A program made the translations under genes and the position numbers. Of a stretch of DNA of 64,000 nucleotides, positions 37,912-52,085 are shown in pieces (the stretch's first letter is position 1; every line of letters begins with the position of its first letter). Source of the stretch: Lytechinus pictus (taxonomy: Eukaryota); assembly GCF_037042905.1 (NCBI RefSeq), contig NC_087251.1, forward strand, positions 12,836,001 to 12,900,000. Direction: 5' to 3'. The notes beneath the pieces were generated by a model. It searched no databases. It saw nothing but the letters and a program-made list of their open reading frames with translations, and was not told where the DNA came from.

Positions 37912-39623
37912 GGACGTTCCACAGTTATGTTTGTGCGCATCATGATCTGCGCATATTTTACACTCTGCGCGCTGATGTCACAATGGATGAACTGGTGATT
38001 TAATCAGCTGTAGGTAATGTGAGCTGATTTTTCTCCTTATCTGCACTAACTGCAGATCCGATGTGTTATTTTATGAAGCTAATAAACTAGAATTATACCA
38101 TGGACCATTTTTTTTATTCCTCTACAATTTCAAAATAGTATCTCTGTAGTGCTGCAAAGTATGATGAATATGACCCCGAGTTTGAATAAATGGAAAAGTG
38201 GTTTGGAATTTTTCCTCATATAGATACTGCTCTTGGCGCGTTTTCGGGTGTTTTAAGAAAAGCAAATTTGCTCTCATACATGTAATAAGAGTGCTGATAG
38301 TTTGAAAACAAGCACATGAACCCATAATTTTTAATGTTTGCACCTCTTAGGTTTGGTGTAAATGACATGGGTTTTGAATAAAGTGCATTTCTTTTACTTC
38401 TCAAGTTTGTTATTGAAATTTGACATTTTTGAGGTTGAATATCTTTCCCGCAATTTCTAAGAACTGAGAGTGTTGTTAGACTTAAATGAGTAAACAATTC
38501 ACAGCAATAGAGATAGATTATCCATCTTACGGATACAATTATTAATCATATTGCAAAATTTGAGGAAATTTTCATGGATTTTGACTATTGGAATAGGGCT
38601 TTAAACTCATTGTTGTGATCTCGTGAGGTCTAAAAATGCCAAATTCTTTTGGATGCGCAATTCTTAAGAACATCATCCATTTTGGATTAACTTTGAAGCT
38701 CTATAGCAAAAAATCAAGCACATGGACCCATGTTAATTTTTGCATATTTGGAATATTCAGGTGCTAAAGTATCTACGTGCAAAGTATGATGAACATGACA
38801 TGATTTTCAATGTTTGGGAGCAAGACTATGGAACCATTCGCATTTTAGACGGTATAAACAGACTTTTGCTTGTTTTCGGCGCATTTTGGGCTGTTTCAAG
38901 CCAACTCGCAATACTTTGGACACTGATAATTTGAAAACGAGCACATGGACCCCATAGTTTAAATGTCTTAACTTCTTCAGAATATATTCCTCTACAAATC
39001 TGGAGAGTATGATGAAAATGACATGGATTTTGAATGTTTGGGGGCAAAACTACGGAACCATTCGCATTTAGACAGCATTATTAGACTTTGGCACGTTTTG
39101 GGCGCATTTTGGGCAATTTTCATGCCAACTCGCATCACTTTGGACACTCATAGTTAAAAAAACGAGCACATGGACCCCATATTTTTAACTTCCCTACACC
39201 TTCGATATGCATTCCTCTACAATTTTGCCGAATTTGATGAAAACGACATGAATTTTGAAAAAAGTGCAGCTTACAAAATACTTTTTAAAATTTTTTAGTC
39301 GATTCACGTCTTTGATGATTTGTTTTTTCCAAGTTTTTGCACCATTCTTGCCAAATGAAGGCGCTGCTGACTCCAAATAGATATAGTTTTACCACTTAAA
39401 AGACTTTCTCTTACTTTGGTATACACTTTGTTATATATCTTGAAAATTTGATGAAGTTTGATTGCATATCATTCAAATACGGTGACTTTGAAGACCCGTA
39501 GAAGAAAAATGAGCACATGAACCTTTATTATTTTTAGCATTTTCATAATGCATAGATACCAAAGAAACTCTCTGCAAAATTTGGTGAAAATGACATGGAC
39601 TTAATTTTAACTGTGGAACGTCC
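37912..39623. mobile_element. 1.7-kb non-autonomous Kolobok-type element (TTAA TSD)
   Basis: TTAA-ggacgttccacagtta ... taactgtggaacgtcc-TTAA; recurring internal agcacatgracc motif. Confidence 0.88.
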
Positions 39624-42600
39624 TTAACTGCACACAACTGATCATGTCTATTAATAGATGAACAAGTGGTTTCATTTATAGATACATGTATTCTGACAAA
39701 AAATCTAGTTTTTCCTTTGTTATATTGAATATGAGTGTTTCAGAACCATCACATCAGAGATAAAATACTCTTGAAAAATGTGAACACATTTGGCAAAAAC
39801 TGTATAGCAGGGTACATGTTGAGTATCATTGGGGATTTCACTATAGATACATGTATGGGCCAGGTAAATTATTTTCATAAATGGACAGTGCATATAACCA
39901 CATACTGACTACAAAAGGTCAGGAAATACTGAACATGTATTTACCACAAATAACACTTTGGGGCATGCATGTATTTATTCATATACAATTATAACTTTTC
40001 AAATATAAGCTCTGCTTTATAGAGGCAAGTTCATATTTGATCATGCAAGTAAATAATGTTGTTAATGAAAAGTAACTATTTAAATTTAAAAAAATGAATA
40101 TTGATATCAAACTTATAATCAATGCTACATAAAGATAGAGTATTTTAAATACTGGAATAATATATGGTTTGATTGTGATAAAAAGAACAGTACATGTACA
40201 GTGCCAGGACCAAACGCAATAACTCAACCTTCTGTAATACAGGTTGGAAAGATACATAGGTTTCCATACCAATCAATCACATAATCTATGGTGTCTTTGA
40301 AAATCATTTTGTTTAGAACTGATAAAATTTTACTGTTATCTTCATTTGCATCTATCTAAAAGTGAAATAAATATAACATAAACCAACTAAGAACGAAATA
40401 AATAAAGGTTCTATATTTGGGAACTCCTCAAAGAGTAGTAACTTATTTCCTTTTCACCAATATTATGAATAAATAAAGGGTAGTAGCCAGAAGAGAAATA
40501 ATAATTTTGAAATGAAATTTGAAAATAAGTTATTACCACCTTTAAAATGAAAGTCTTGACTCAAGAGTACAAGCATGTATACATGTACATCACATCATGG
40601 ATGCAATATCAAAAGAGAAAGATTAAGTTTTATAATATAACAGATTAAAAAATATATAACCAGATACATGTACATGTATATTGTTCTTTCATACTTAACG
40701 GTCTCCATCATGTGTTGTATTACATTTGTGCTCGCTCACAATGACAGTAGTGACAAGAACTGTAACAGTATGACTGTATTTGATTCTCACATTTTGTGGG
40801 TAGGCGATATAACAGGGACTTTCCCGAAAACGAAATGTACAAGTACTTCATTATCAGAGACATAATACAGTACATGAACTTACAAATACTTTCTTAAATT
40901 GCACAAATACAAAACTAAACCATATAAAAAGGATACCCTTGAATTATAACACATGTAAATGACAGGTGGACCAATCTAGCTTATCAATTCATAATAACAC
41001 TGGAGGAATTTGGCAAATAAGATAGGACTTTGAACTGTGTAATACCATTACAGTGTCTCCTTAAACAAATAATAATCTACACCCCATACACCTGGAAAAC
41101 TACTCTGCATATTTTCAGAGATTGAACTTTTCCTATTGAACAGTAGGTTGTGGTATTGTGGAACACACTGTAAATCCAGAAAATACAAATCAGATCAATA
41201 AAATACCTGTAATGCAGGTACGGGTAATACGATATACAGTAGTACTACCACAGCAGTACAGCAGCAACAGAATTTATAACAAGATTTGAATTTGTGATCA
41301 CTGCTATCAGTATACTGTAAATGGAAAACTGACAAATATTTTTACCATCAATGGACTTTTCCAGAGATACTTGTAAATGATTTGATTTGAAGTAAGATTT
41401 GAAGTCAAGAAAATTGCCAACATACATGTACATAATTTAATTGAATGTGCAATGTACAGAGTACATGTAATGTGTGTGTGTGTACCTGGAGCATGATCTG
41501 ACCAATGATTGATGATATGGAATTACAACTGGAAATTTAAGAATAATTTTTAGTCACACTTACATCTCAATGAAAATACACCATGTTTAGTGTAGAATTG
41601 GAAAGAATGACATTCTGAATAGGAATAATCTTTCTTGCAGTATATCTGAACCTTTTGCAGACCTTGTCATCTGTTTTCACAAAAATCATGAAATCAAACA
41701 GATCAATTGCAATATTTAATTAAATTGAAGTGAAAGTGAGAAATATTTGTTAATGACCACAATGGAAATCAAACATTGCAAAATTGACAAACCAATATCT
41801 TGAATTTATTGCTGTCCCCACAACCAAATGAAGAACAGGACAAAACTACTCTTGACTTACGGAAATTATTAAAACCACAAGTGACATCACTGCTTATTAA
41901 ACCTTTGTACTTACTGATGCTCCATGTAAAAAGCTCGAAGGGGATTTTTCTTTTGACAACTACAGTATGATGAAAAGTTAGAAATACTTCCTGTAACTTA
42001 CTATAGCTGCATTTGATCTATAGATACCTTGTGGTACATGTAGATTTGCCCTGTGCCAACTGCTATCAGGTCTACTACTACCTCTACAAAAGCTTGTACA
42101 TGTTCTGTAAACTTATCAATTTTCTTTTTTTTCCCATGGAAGAAGACAATAACACTTGTACACAAAGTTAATATTAATGGAAGTTATGGAACTATCTCTA
42201 TCTCATCTCTATATATTCTTAATCACTTAACTTTTGCATTAAGTTACTGAAAATATCAATTGAAATAATAATACAAATATTTAATCAATGATTTCTGTAT
42301 TACCGTAATTCAAGCCAGTTTTGATTTCCATTTATCACAGACCCCATACATGTACGAGTGACATACAAAATGCACTACATGTACATGTGTATTTTACACT
42401 CTACAGTCCATCTCAGGGGTCTCGAGTGTATACAAATTATTTTTTATGGCAAGGCACTACGTTTTTGTACATAATATTAACCACAAAACACCATTTAAGT
42501 CCGAACTATTACAAATCTATAAAAAAGTTATTCTTTTAATAAAGCTATATGATATATGGCAGTTAGCTTTTTTGTAAGACACATTGGGTGTATCGATCAA

Positions 42601-43633
42601 TGTATTGCTCCATTTAAAACGTTTGTATTGAAATAAATCATTGCTATAGTAATCCTGAATGATTTACCATACATTTTGCTTTTATATTCTTGGTTGTACA
42701 TTTGTAAAACTACACATCTATCATGAAGATCCTGAATTTTAGGATATCTCCTGATTTGATTTGTGAAATAATTATCTTTGCCAGTATTGTATACAAAAAG
42801 TGTATGCATTATCACCAAAACTCTATTGTTGTAACATGACGGAATCAGAAAAAATAATTGTTGGTTCTTGACACTACTGGTGCCACTATGTGCTACACTA
42901 AAATAGTAAATGTGAAATATTTGCAGCTTTCATAAACCAATCAAATTTGTATCTTAATTATATATTATTGACTCAGATAGAATAGAGAGAGACAGCAGCA
43001 AATTGAGTGAAAAGGTTACACATTTACTGTTGAACTCGCTCGTAATTTTCATTCTGATTAAAAGCTTCTTAAAGATCCCTGGCTAATCAATCATTACAAC
43101 AAAGTGTGGCTACATACATGTAGCTATTATCATTTTGTAATGATGTCTTTTTGTGACCTACATTCCTAGAAGATATGTCTCAGGGGCAATACTGATGTCT
43201 CTGGTTGTTGCCATGTTTGATAAAACTCTGACAAGCACTCTGATGAGATTCCAGCATTCATTCACCCTCCTTAAACTCAGAATGGTATCTCCTCGGACTT
43301 GGAGCTGATGCCTTTCTTTTTTAAAAACATGTGCACAGTTCAATTAAAACCATCACCTCCGGAAAGTGTTCAAGAGAAATAGAGCTAGAATAAATAGTTA
43401 GACTTAACTTTTGGTCTTCCATTCTTGAACAGCAACATATAAAATGAGCATATTTCCTGCGGCCTGCTCACTCTTTCAATAACTCCACAACCATAAATCT
43501 CCACCCAGGCAGCTTTACATTGTCCTGACCTTACAACTCCTTTCAGATGGTGTGAGAGCAGCATATTCATTGACTCTTCGCCTCTGTTCCCAGAAAGATT
43601 TCAACAATTTGTTGCCTTCTCTTGAACAAGGAT

Positions 43634-43852
43634 TCACTGTAGAACACATGACTTTGACTTGTCAGTTTGATGACTGATTGCTTTGGCAAAACAAATGGCT
43701 GACATCCACTCCAACTGGTCGGCTTCATTTTCTGCTTGCAGAAAGAAGGACCGATTGTAGTTCAGTGGCTGGAGTTTGAACACAAACAACTTTTGGTCCA
43801 TGATTGAATCTGAAATGTCTGTCCCATCCAATGGTATGCTTTTGTCCAATGA
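43634..43852 (-). CDS. PH-domain/CaaX protein, exon 2 (last coding exon)
   Basis: Poly-T tract plus ttcatgtag acceptor, phase 0. SLDKSIPLDG..FVFKLQPLNYNRSFFLQAENEADQLEWMSAICFAK..KSCVLQ* (PH C-terminal helix Trp; CaaX). Confidence 0.9.
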   Translation of the reverse strand, partial: SLDKSIPLDGTDISDSIMDQKLFVFKLQPLNYNRSFFLQAENEADQLEWMSAICFAKAISHQTDKSKSCVLQ

Positions 43853-44040
43853 CTACATGAAAGGAAGAAAAAAAAAAAAAAAAAACATTTCATACATATA
43901 TTCATTTTAATGCAATTAAAATGTTTAGCTTCTTGGTTTAATCCTTTTTTTTTAATTGGAGACAACTGACCCCACCCAAATTAATTGCATCTCAATGAGG
44001 TACATTTTTTTATTTTTTATTAGAGCTTAACTTCCCTTAA

Positions 44041-44641
44041 AGGTCAAGTCCACCCCAGAAAAATGATGATTTGAATAAATAGAGAAAAATCCAACGAGCA
44101 AAACGCTAAAAATTTCATCAAAATCGGATGTAAAATAAGAAATCTATGACAATTTAAAGTTCCGCTTATTTTTCACAAAACAATTATATGCACATGTACA
44201 GTATCTCAGTGACATGCAAATGACACAGTCGATGATGTCCATCACTCACTATTTCTTTTGTTTTTCATTGTTTGAATTATACAATATTTCATTTTTTACA
44301 GATTTGACAATAAAGACCAACTTGACTGGACAATATAGTATTAAAACAATATGCTAATTCCACATGTTCAGGGAGGAATTAATCTTTGTTTCACTTGACA
44401 ATGAGGAGAAAATTAGAATATTTTATATGAAATACAACAGAAATAGTGAGTGGATGACGTCATTAGTTCATTCGCATACCGACCAGGATGTACATATAAC
44501 TGTTTTGTGAAATTAAGCAAAACTTTAAAATGTCATAACTTTCTTATTTTACATCCGATTTTGATGAAATTTTCAGTGTTATACTTGTTGGATTTTTCTC
44601 TTTTTATTCAAATCAATTAATGGTTGGGGTGGACTTGTCCC
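44041..44641. mobile_element. Kolobok-type MITE family B copy 2 (intronic)
   Basis: TTAA at 44037-44040 and 44642-44645; homologous to 30798-31398. Confidence 0.88.
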
Positions 44642-44727
44642 TTAAGTTGGACCTTTCTACTCTGTCACTAGGAGCGTAACAAATCATGTGGCCACTCTCA
44701 TTATTCTATCACTTTCATCATCAAACT

Positions 44728-45376
44728 TAACCCAGGGAGCTCTGGCCCGCGAAGCGGGCCGAAGCCTCGGAGTCCACCATGCATTTAGACATAGACACAG
44801 GACTAGGGTAGATTGTGGTCTCAATAACTTGGAAAGAAAATTGTGAAAACAGAAATTATGCACTTACCACGATTATATGGATGAAGGTCTATCGCGTGGC
44901 AGTATCCTGACATCGAGGCACAGACTGGAACCTCAAAAAAACGAAAAGTTCTGTCGCGATACCTCTCCTAATTCTTTCAAAATTCATAACAAAATTGCCG
45001 ATCGAGACTGGGGTAGGAGAGAACTTTTTGTTTTTTTGAGGTTCCAGTCTGTGCCTCGATGTCAGGATACACGACAGACCTTCATCCATATAATCGTGTA
45101 AGTGCATAATTTCTGTTTTCACAATTTTCTTTCCAAGTTATTGAGACCACAAACTACCCTAGTCCCGTGTCTATGTGTAAATGCACGGTGGACTCCGGGG
45201 GAGTGATTCATCAACATTTTTGTCCGACAAGTTGTCAGATCTGACAACTTTCCTTGATGTTGATTGGCTATGGAGCACTGTTACTATGGCAACTGTCGGA
45301 TAAAATGGGACTTGTCAGATAAAACGTCCGACAAGTCCTTTCAAAGTTTCATGAAACGCTCCTTGGGCTTGGGTTA
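44728..45376. mobile_element. AcademH-type palindromic MITE with 9-bp TSD, carrying a nested ~170-bp element (~45196-45365)
   Basis: catcaaact-TAACCC...GGGTTA-catcaaact; ~190-bp inverted arms (44767-44955 / 45020-45198). Confidence 0.85.
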
Positions 45377-45569
45377 CATCAAACTCTAATTTACTAGTCT
45401 AATCCTTTTCAAATTAATTAAGATACAGGATGGGTAGATCTACTATAAGGTAGATCTTACCCACCCACTTTCCTCTTTTTCTCCCCGCCTCCAAAACAAA
45501 CTCATCATCATTTTCAACCATGACATGCATGTATCACATGATCATCACACAACCGCTTCAATTCATCAC

Positions 45570-45818
45570 CTCTGAGTTGTGTCCATAAATTAGCTCATCC
45601 CTCCTCAACGCGAACCAACGCTTTTTCCATTTTTTCGACACCCGGGATCTTTTCAATAACCAGCCGCATTTTGTGTCATCCAAGTCATAAATATCATGGC
45701 TACTTCTCGTGCTTAAAGTGTTGTTCTTGGAGCCTGATGAATTAGAGGAAGAACAGGCAGAAGATCTCTCTGAGGCGTGAGAAGAGCAGGAGCCGTTCCT
45801 CCCTGGATTGGCAGCCAT
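45570..45818 (-). CDS. PH-domain/CaaX protein, exon 1
   Basis: acaaccATGG Kozak context. 83 codons: Ser-rich leader, then KCGWLLKRSRVSKKWKKRWFALRRDELIY (PH beta1-beta3). Donor gtgatg, phase 0; splices to give 155 aa. Confidence 0.88.
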
Positions 45819-47589
45819 GGTTGTTTTGATTCTCAATGCAATGCAATTGCAAATAACCAACCACACATGATAATTATGTACGTTTGTCAATAATACTATT
45901 ATGGTATCCGCAAGGCGGCTAAGAACTGTACTAGTAGTCCAGGAAAAATAAGGTTTGACCTCAAACAAATTGCAACAGAATTTTTTTCACCACAATGCAT
46001 TTCCTTGAAGTCCCCAAAATGACATACTAAAAGTCCAGAAAAATCCAAGTGGTGGAAAGACGTCTAATTTGCATAAATCCAAAATGGCGGCCATCGTGAG
46101 AACTTTTCATGATTATTAATAGTAGTACAAACACTAGTCTGATCATAGCACCTTTAAAAATAATGATTAAAGCATCAAAAGTTCACCAGTGTTATATCTT
46201 ACCATAGGCTTCATTCTAAAATTAGAATGCAAGTCAGATTTGACCTCTGATGACCTCTAGAGGTCAATGACCTTTAGGTCAATGACCTCAAAATATCAGA
46301 AAAATTGATGATTTGCATCATTAGTTCATGATAAATATGGTTATAATGCAAAAAAAATCAATATTGACTTTCAGGGTATCCTGATATTCTAGAATGAAGT
46401 TTGTGTATTATAAGTTTTAACCTTTGACCCCGGAGCACAGGCAAAGTTCAATGACCTTAACATATTCGAATATTGACACTTAGCATCAATGGTTTATGGA
46501 AAATAGGCCTCTTGTGTAAAATTGCTGTACAATTTATTTCAGCATGAAAATATTGTAATGCATTTCCATGAAGTCTCTAATACGACATACTAAAAGTCCA
46601 GAAAAATCCATGTCGTGGAAAGACGTCTAATTTGCATAAATCAACAATGGCGGCCATCGTGAGTATCTTTCATATTTATTAAGAGTGGTACTAATACTGA
46701 TCTAATCATAGCTCTTTCAAAATTATGATTAAAGCATTAAACTTTCACCAATTGGTATTATATTTTATTATATGCTTGATTTCAAAATTAGGATGCAAGT
46801 CAGAGTTGACCTATGCTGACCTCTAGAGGTCAATGACCTTAAAAATAAGAACATTTATGTTTTGCATCATAAGCTCATAATAACAATGGTTTTAATGCAA
46901 ACAAAAATATTAAATATTGACTTTCAAGGTATCCTGATATTCTAGTAAGAATTTGGTGGGTTTTAAGATTTGACCTTTGACCCTGCAGAGCTAGAAAAGG
47001 TCAATGTCCTTAATATTGTGGAGTATTGATGCTCAGTGCTCACTGTTTTACGATAGGCTTAAATAGGCCTATCATGTAAAAAAAATTGCAATACTATTTA
47101 TTTCAACACAGTGCATTTCCATGAAGTCTCTAAAATGACATACACGAAGCAAAAGTCCCGAAAAACCCAAGTGGTGGAAAGGCGTCGAATTTGCATATAT
47201 CCAAAGTGATCCAAAATGATTAATGGTAGTAGTACAAACACTGGTCTGATCATAACACTAAAATTATGATTAAAGCATTGAACTTTCACCCATGTTACAT
47301 CTTATCATAGGTTTCATTAAAAAAATGTGGATGTAAGTCAGATTTGATGTCTGCTGAACTCTAGAGGCAATGACCTAAATGATTATTGACGTCGAAATAT
47401 CATAAAAATTGATGTTTTGCATCATAAGTTCGTTATAAACATTGTTAGTTTGTGAGAATAATTAATTCTAACTTGTAAGGTCCTTTTATATTCATGAGAA
47501 AATAGATAAGTATTAAAAGTTGTGACCTTTAACCCTGAGGGCTTCAAAGGTCACTGGATTTAAAATATCCAGTAAATCCAGTAAACTTA

Positions 47590-48780
47590 ACTAGTTTACT
47601 AACCAGCTTCTGCTGAATAGAGCAACCCGGTACAAGCCACAGCAAAGTGAATATCTTCCATGGAACCAATCGCTTTGCAGCACGCTTTGCTATACAGTCC
47701 CATTTTCCAGAAATGTAGAGGAAGGGTAAAGTAATTGCTATCCTCAAACCTGGGCAAGATCCAAATGTGCCTAAAAGCTTTAGGCCAATCCCCCTACTAT
47801 GATATCTCTACAAGCTACTTAAGCATCTCATCCTGAACAAAAGATGGTCCAATTATAGAACAACATCCTATTCCTAACCAGGCTGGTTTTTAACTTGGGA
47901 AATAATATACAGGCTAGGTTCTCAACCAGACTCAGTTAACTGAGGACAGTTAAGTAACTAACGGGTGTAGAACATTTTGTTGAATTAACAACTGCATCTG
48001 ACACTGTGATCTACTCATATAATGGTACAACACATTGAAGACATTCATCTGACCAAACTCATCAAACTTCTACTAGAAAACAGATTTCTCTTGATGGAGC
48101 TCAACAGGAAGACCAGCTGTAAAGAATTCGAAAGAATTGACTCTTTCAAGGTAGTGTTCTCGCTCGAGTCCCGTCTTCTTCTCTTCTTCTAACCCAACCT
48201 AGACAAAGGTTAGCTTGTTTCATCCCCGCAATCCTCATGCTTGGAGGAAATTCAAAACAACCTATGGTTGGAATTCCCTTATAGAACTGTGACCATGCAA
48301 TTTATCTTGGTGTCACTAATGGTCAGTCACATTAAGATGAAGGGGGAAAGTGAGGATCCATAACAACCTTGTCAGGAACTGACAAACTCCTCCTGGAAGC
48401 CAGTACTCTGCTACAGAGTATGCATGTCTCTAGACAATAAGTGGGAATATCACACACTATCTAAGGCCAAAAAAAGTGAAGTCTGTATGTCCTGTCAGGT
48501 ATTACCCATCTTATGCAGATCAATAGCTAGCACCACAGAGCTCTTAGCAAAGCGAATATACCGTCCATCCATTCTATGATACCAAACTAGTTGAAAAAAA
48601 CTAAAATCTAGGAAACATATTTTTAATTCTGTTCAACCTCTGACAGAGTCACCATTATGACTAAGTGCAAGTTATGGGAAGAGAAGGGCAATGTCATCCA
48701 GCATCATTGTAAGCTGCATCTCCCTTCTAAAGGGCAACTACACAAGATACAATCTAGATAGGAAAACTTCCATATCTGTC
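47590..48780 (+). mobile_element. Decayed non-LTR RT fragment, Ingi/Vingi-like, nested in the Academ-type element
   Basis: KVIAILKPGQDPNVPKSFRPIPLL*YLYKLL, PNQAGF, VLNQTQ, ASDTV and QGSVLA motifs with many stops. Confidence 0.7.
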
Positions 48781-48892
48781 GGGGAGTATACACAGATTAT
48801 AACAGCAAAATTTTAATTGAGGCATTTCACATATCATGTCAAACCTACCCAATGCTCTAACCTCAGTCAGGATCGTACTAGCAAAAAAAGAC

Positions 48893-49039
48893 CTGGGGTT
48901 CGTTTTACTCATGCAACTTTACCATTGTGTCAGTTACCATTGTAACATGGCTCAGCAGCCAATCAAAATCAAGGTAACCATGGTAGTTGCCATCGTGGCA
49001 AAGTACAGCAGTTGTAACTCTTTATGAAACGGGCCCCTG
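48893..49039. mobile_element. Small Harbinger-like MITE
   Basis: ctggggttcgtttt ... atgaaacgggcccctg; ends resemble those of 59007-60922. Confidence 0.5.
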
Positions 49040-51852
49040 ATGACTGCAAACAGAAGGCTGTGCAATAGTCCCGGTCTAACATTGTCTAATCAAATATATG
49101 GCATTGAATTGTAGGGCCTACATGTAGACGATGGGCACAAAAGATTAACTTTTAAATAGTCAAAATAATTAAGAGGGAATTGCTGAGTATTGAAGATTTT
49201 AACCCTTGACATCTGAGGGCCTTTAGAGGTCATTTTCAGAGGTCAATGACCTCAAAGTATGAGAATGTTAGTACTTAGCGTCATTGGTTCATAACAAACA
49301 AGGCTATCGTATACAAATGATACAGTTTTGTTATTTTTCAACAGATCATTTGGGTAAAGTCGCAGATCTCAGCATTTGACTGCTGAGAAAAGTGAAGGTC
49401 AATTATCTCAATTATCAGTGATGCCGAGTACCAACATTTTTACATTTTAAGACCAATCATCTTTAAAGGTCTTCAAATTTCAAAACTCAAAGCCTGTAGC
49501 AATTATCTCTTGAATTTTCAGGCACATAAGAGTTGATATGACAAATATTTAAACACGAACATGCGAATCAGGAACTATCGATATAAAACATCAATTTGCT
49601 GATATTTCAAAGTCGTTGACCTTGAGGTCATTGCCCCGTAGAGGTTAATGACATTATAACCACGGAGCTACTCACCAGTGACTGTTTAAGGCTTTCATTT
49701 TTAAAAGAGTTATGATAAACCAGTGTTTCTACCGTACCTGGAATGGGATAATCATGTAACATTCTAACGATGACAGCCATTTTGGATTTATGCAAATTGG
49801 CATCTTTCCACCTCTTGGATTTTACTGGACTTAAAGTATATCATCTTGGAAACTCTATGGAAATGTATTGTGTTGATATAAAATGTATTGCAATATTTTT
49901 ACGTGAAAGCCTTGTATATCATTAACCAGTCAGTGTCAATATTCTATAACTTATAGCTCATTGACCTTTGTCATCTCTCCAGACAGTGTCAGAGGTCAGA
50001 ACTTCAATTTACAAAATTCTCTCTAGACTATCAGGAACGATACCTTGAAAGTCAATAAAACATATTTATTTTGCATTTTAACCATTGTTTTATGAAATAA
50101 TGATGCAAAACATCAATTGTCTGATATTTCAAAGTCATTGACCTATGATCTGACCAGTGTTGGTATACTGCTACTATAGTAACCATGAAAAATTCTAACG
50201 ATGACCTCCATTTTTTATTTATGCAAATTAGATGTCTTTCCACAACATTGATATTTCTGGACTTTTAATGTCATTTTGCAGACTTCATGGAAATTCATTG
50301 TGCTGAAATAAATTATATTGCACTTTTTACACGAGATGCCTGTTTATCATAAACTACTGAAGCTAAGTATCAATATTCTAACATGTAAAAGTTATTGACC
50401 TTTGCCAGGTCAAAGGTCAGAATCTATAATACACAAAATTCTTTCTAGAATAACAGGATACCTTGAAAGTCAATATTGAATGATTTTGTTTGCTTTATAA
50501 ATATTATAATATTCATCATGAACTAAAAATGTAAAACATCAATTTTCTGATATTATGAGGTCGTTGACCTTAAGGTCATGACCTCTAGAGGTTAAATATA
50601 ATTTTAAAATGAAGGCTATGGTGAGATGAAGCCGTATGGCAAGTGAAAGTTAAATACTTTAATCATAATTTTTAAAAGTGCTATGATTATACCAGTGTTT
50701 GTACTAATATAAGTAATCATGAAAATTCTCATGATGGCGGCCATTTTGAATTTATGCAAATTAGACGTCTTTCCACGACATGGATTTTTCTGGACTTTTA
50801 GTATGTAATTTTGGGGACTTAAGGGAAATACATTGCAGTGAAAAAATTTGTTGCAATTTGTTTGCGGTTGACCCCCCAATTCAGTTATTTTTCCTGGACT
50901 GTAGAGCTAACACAATTTTTACAAATTTGAAATGAAATGTGGTTGCGTTTATTTTGATACACACTGCACAACATGATATATCCAGGGGCGTGGCTTCGTC
51001 AGTCCCCCCCCCCCCTCCCCCGAGAGGGCTAGGCCTTGATGTGGCAGCACTTTTTATGTAGCTGACAGAGAAACGGCTAATCTTATCTCTCCAAGTGGTT
51101 AAAAAAGAGTAGATAAATACATACAATTTTTAACTATACTCTATACATTATACATATAGTCTTCGAAAATGCATACAAAAGCGACATTTGTGAAATTTGA
51201 GTAGTCAATTTTGATACCTTATAAATTTATTAAAAAGAAAGAGATCAAGTTAGAATTTCATCCACATGCTAATAGTATATCAATAAGGTTTTCTGGAACA
51301 TTTCTAGGTAATTGCTTTATTTTTCTCCGATTTATGTAAAATCATGTATTTCCAAAATTTTAAATTTTTGGGAAAAATGACAAAAAATGAAGTTTTCCAC
51401 TTAAAATATCATCCAAATGACCAATTTATCCCATATGAATAGTACCAAATTGTAGGAAATTTATTTCTGCTTCATATGACACCAATTTTGTGGCAATTAG
51501 ATGTTCATGTCAAAATCTATGTACAAAAATTCAAATTTTCTGAAAATTTGGCGGCCATTTTGGATTTATGCAAATTAGGCGTCTTTCCACCACTGGGATT
51601 TTTCTGGACTTTTAGTATGTCATTTTGGGGACTTCAGGGAAATGCATTGCGGTGAAAAAAATTATGTTGCAATTTGTTTGAGGTTGACCCCCCAAATCGG
51701 CTATTTTTCCTGGGCTATAGTGTACTATGCACATATCAAACTTGTTATACTATAGTAGTCCAGTGGCAGATAGATAGGGGGCCCACGATGAACGGAGATT
51801 TGCGAAGATTACTCGAGCCAGGCCTAGCTCAAAACCACTACGTTTGGCGACT

Positions 51853-52085
51853 TTAGTATCCCTTTAAAAGAAAATTAAAGTGGAAAGGTTTCAAAGGTTG
51901 AGTAATGACATTCGATAAATTTGTCAGAAAAGAACCAAAAGACTGTTTAATAGCACTCACTACACCACCGTACTCTATAAAGTTTGTACGAACATTGAAT
52001 CTTTCTCTAAATTTATTCAACGAAAGAAAATTTCCTGAATCATTCAAAATATCATTTATAAATCTCACTCCCTTCTTGGGTATTA
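51853..52085 (-). mobile_element. L1/Tx1-like LINE ORF2 C-terminal fragment
   Basis: KGVRFINDILNDSGNFLSLNKFRERFNVRTNFIEYGGVVSAIK. Confidence 0.7.

Larger units (their letters stand above)
45935..51717. mobile_element. Large non-autonomous Academ-type element with subterminal ~560-bp repeats and 3-bp TAG TSD
   Basis: tag-TAGTCCAGGAAAAATA ... TATTTTTCCTGGGCTA-tag; ~160-bp TIR. Left repeat units near 45994, 46557 and 47112; inverted units ~49200-50840. An alternative right end lies at ~50901. Confidence 0.8.

Noticed and set aside
45819..45968. N-terminal extension of the PH protein in the 136-aa ORF
   Set aside because: Starts at a non-ATG codon inside the transposon TIR; the ATG at 45818 has the good Kozak context.
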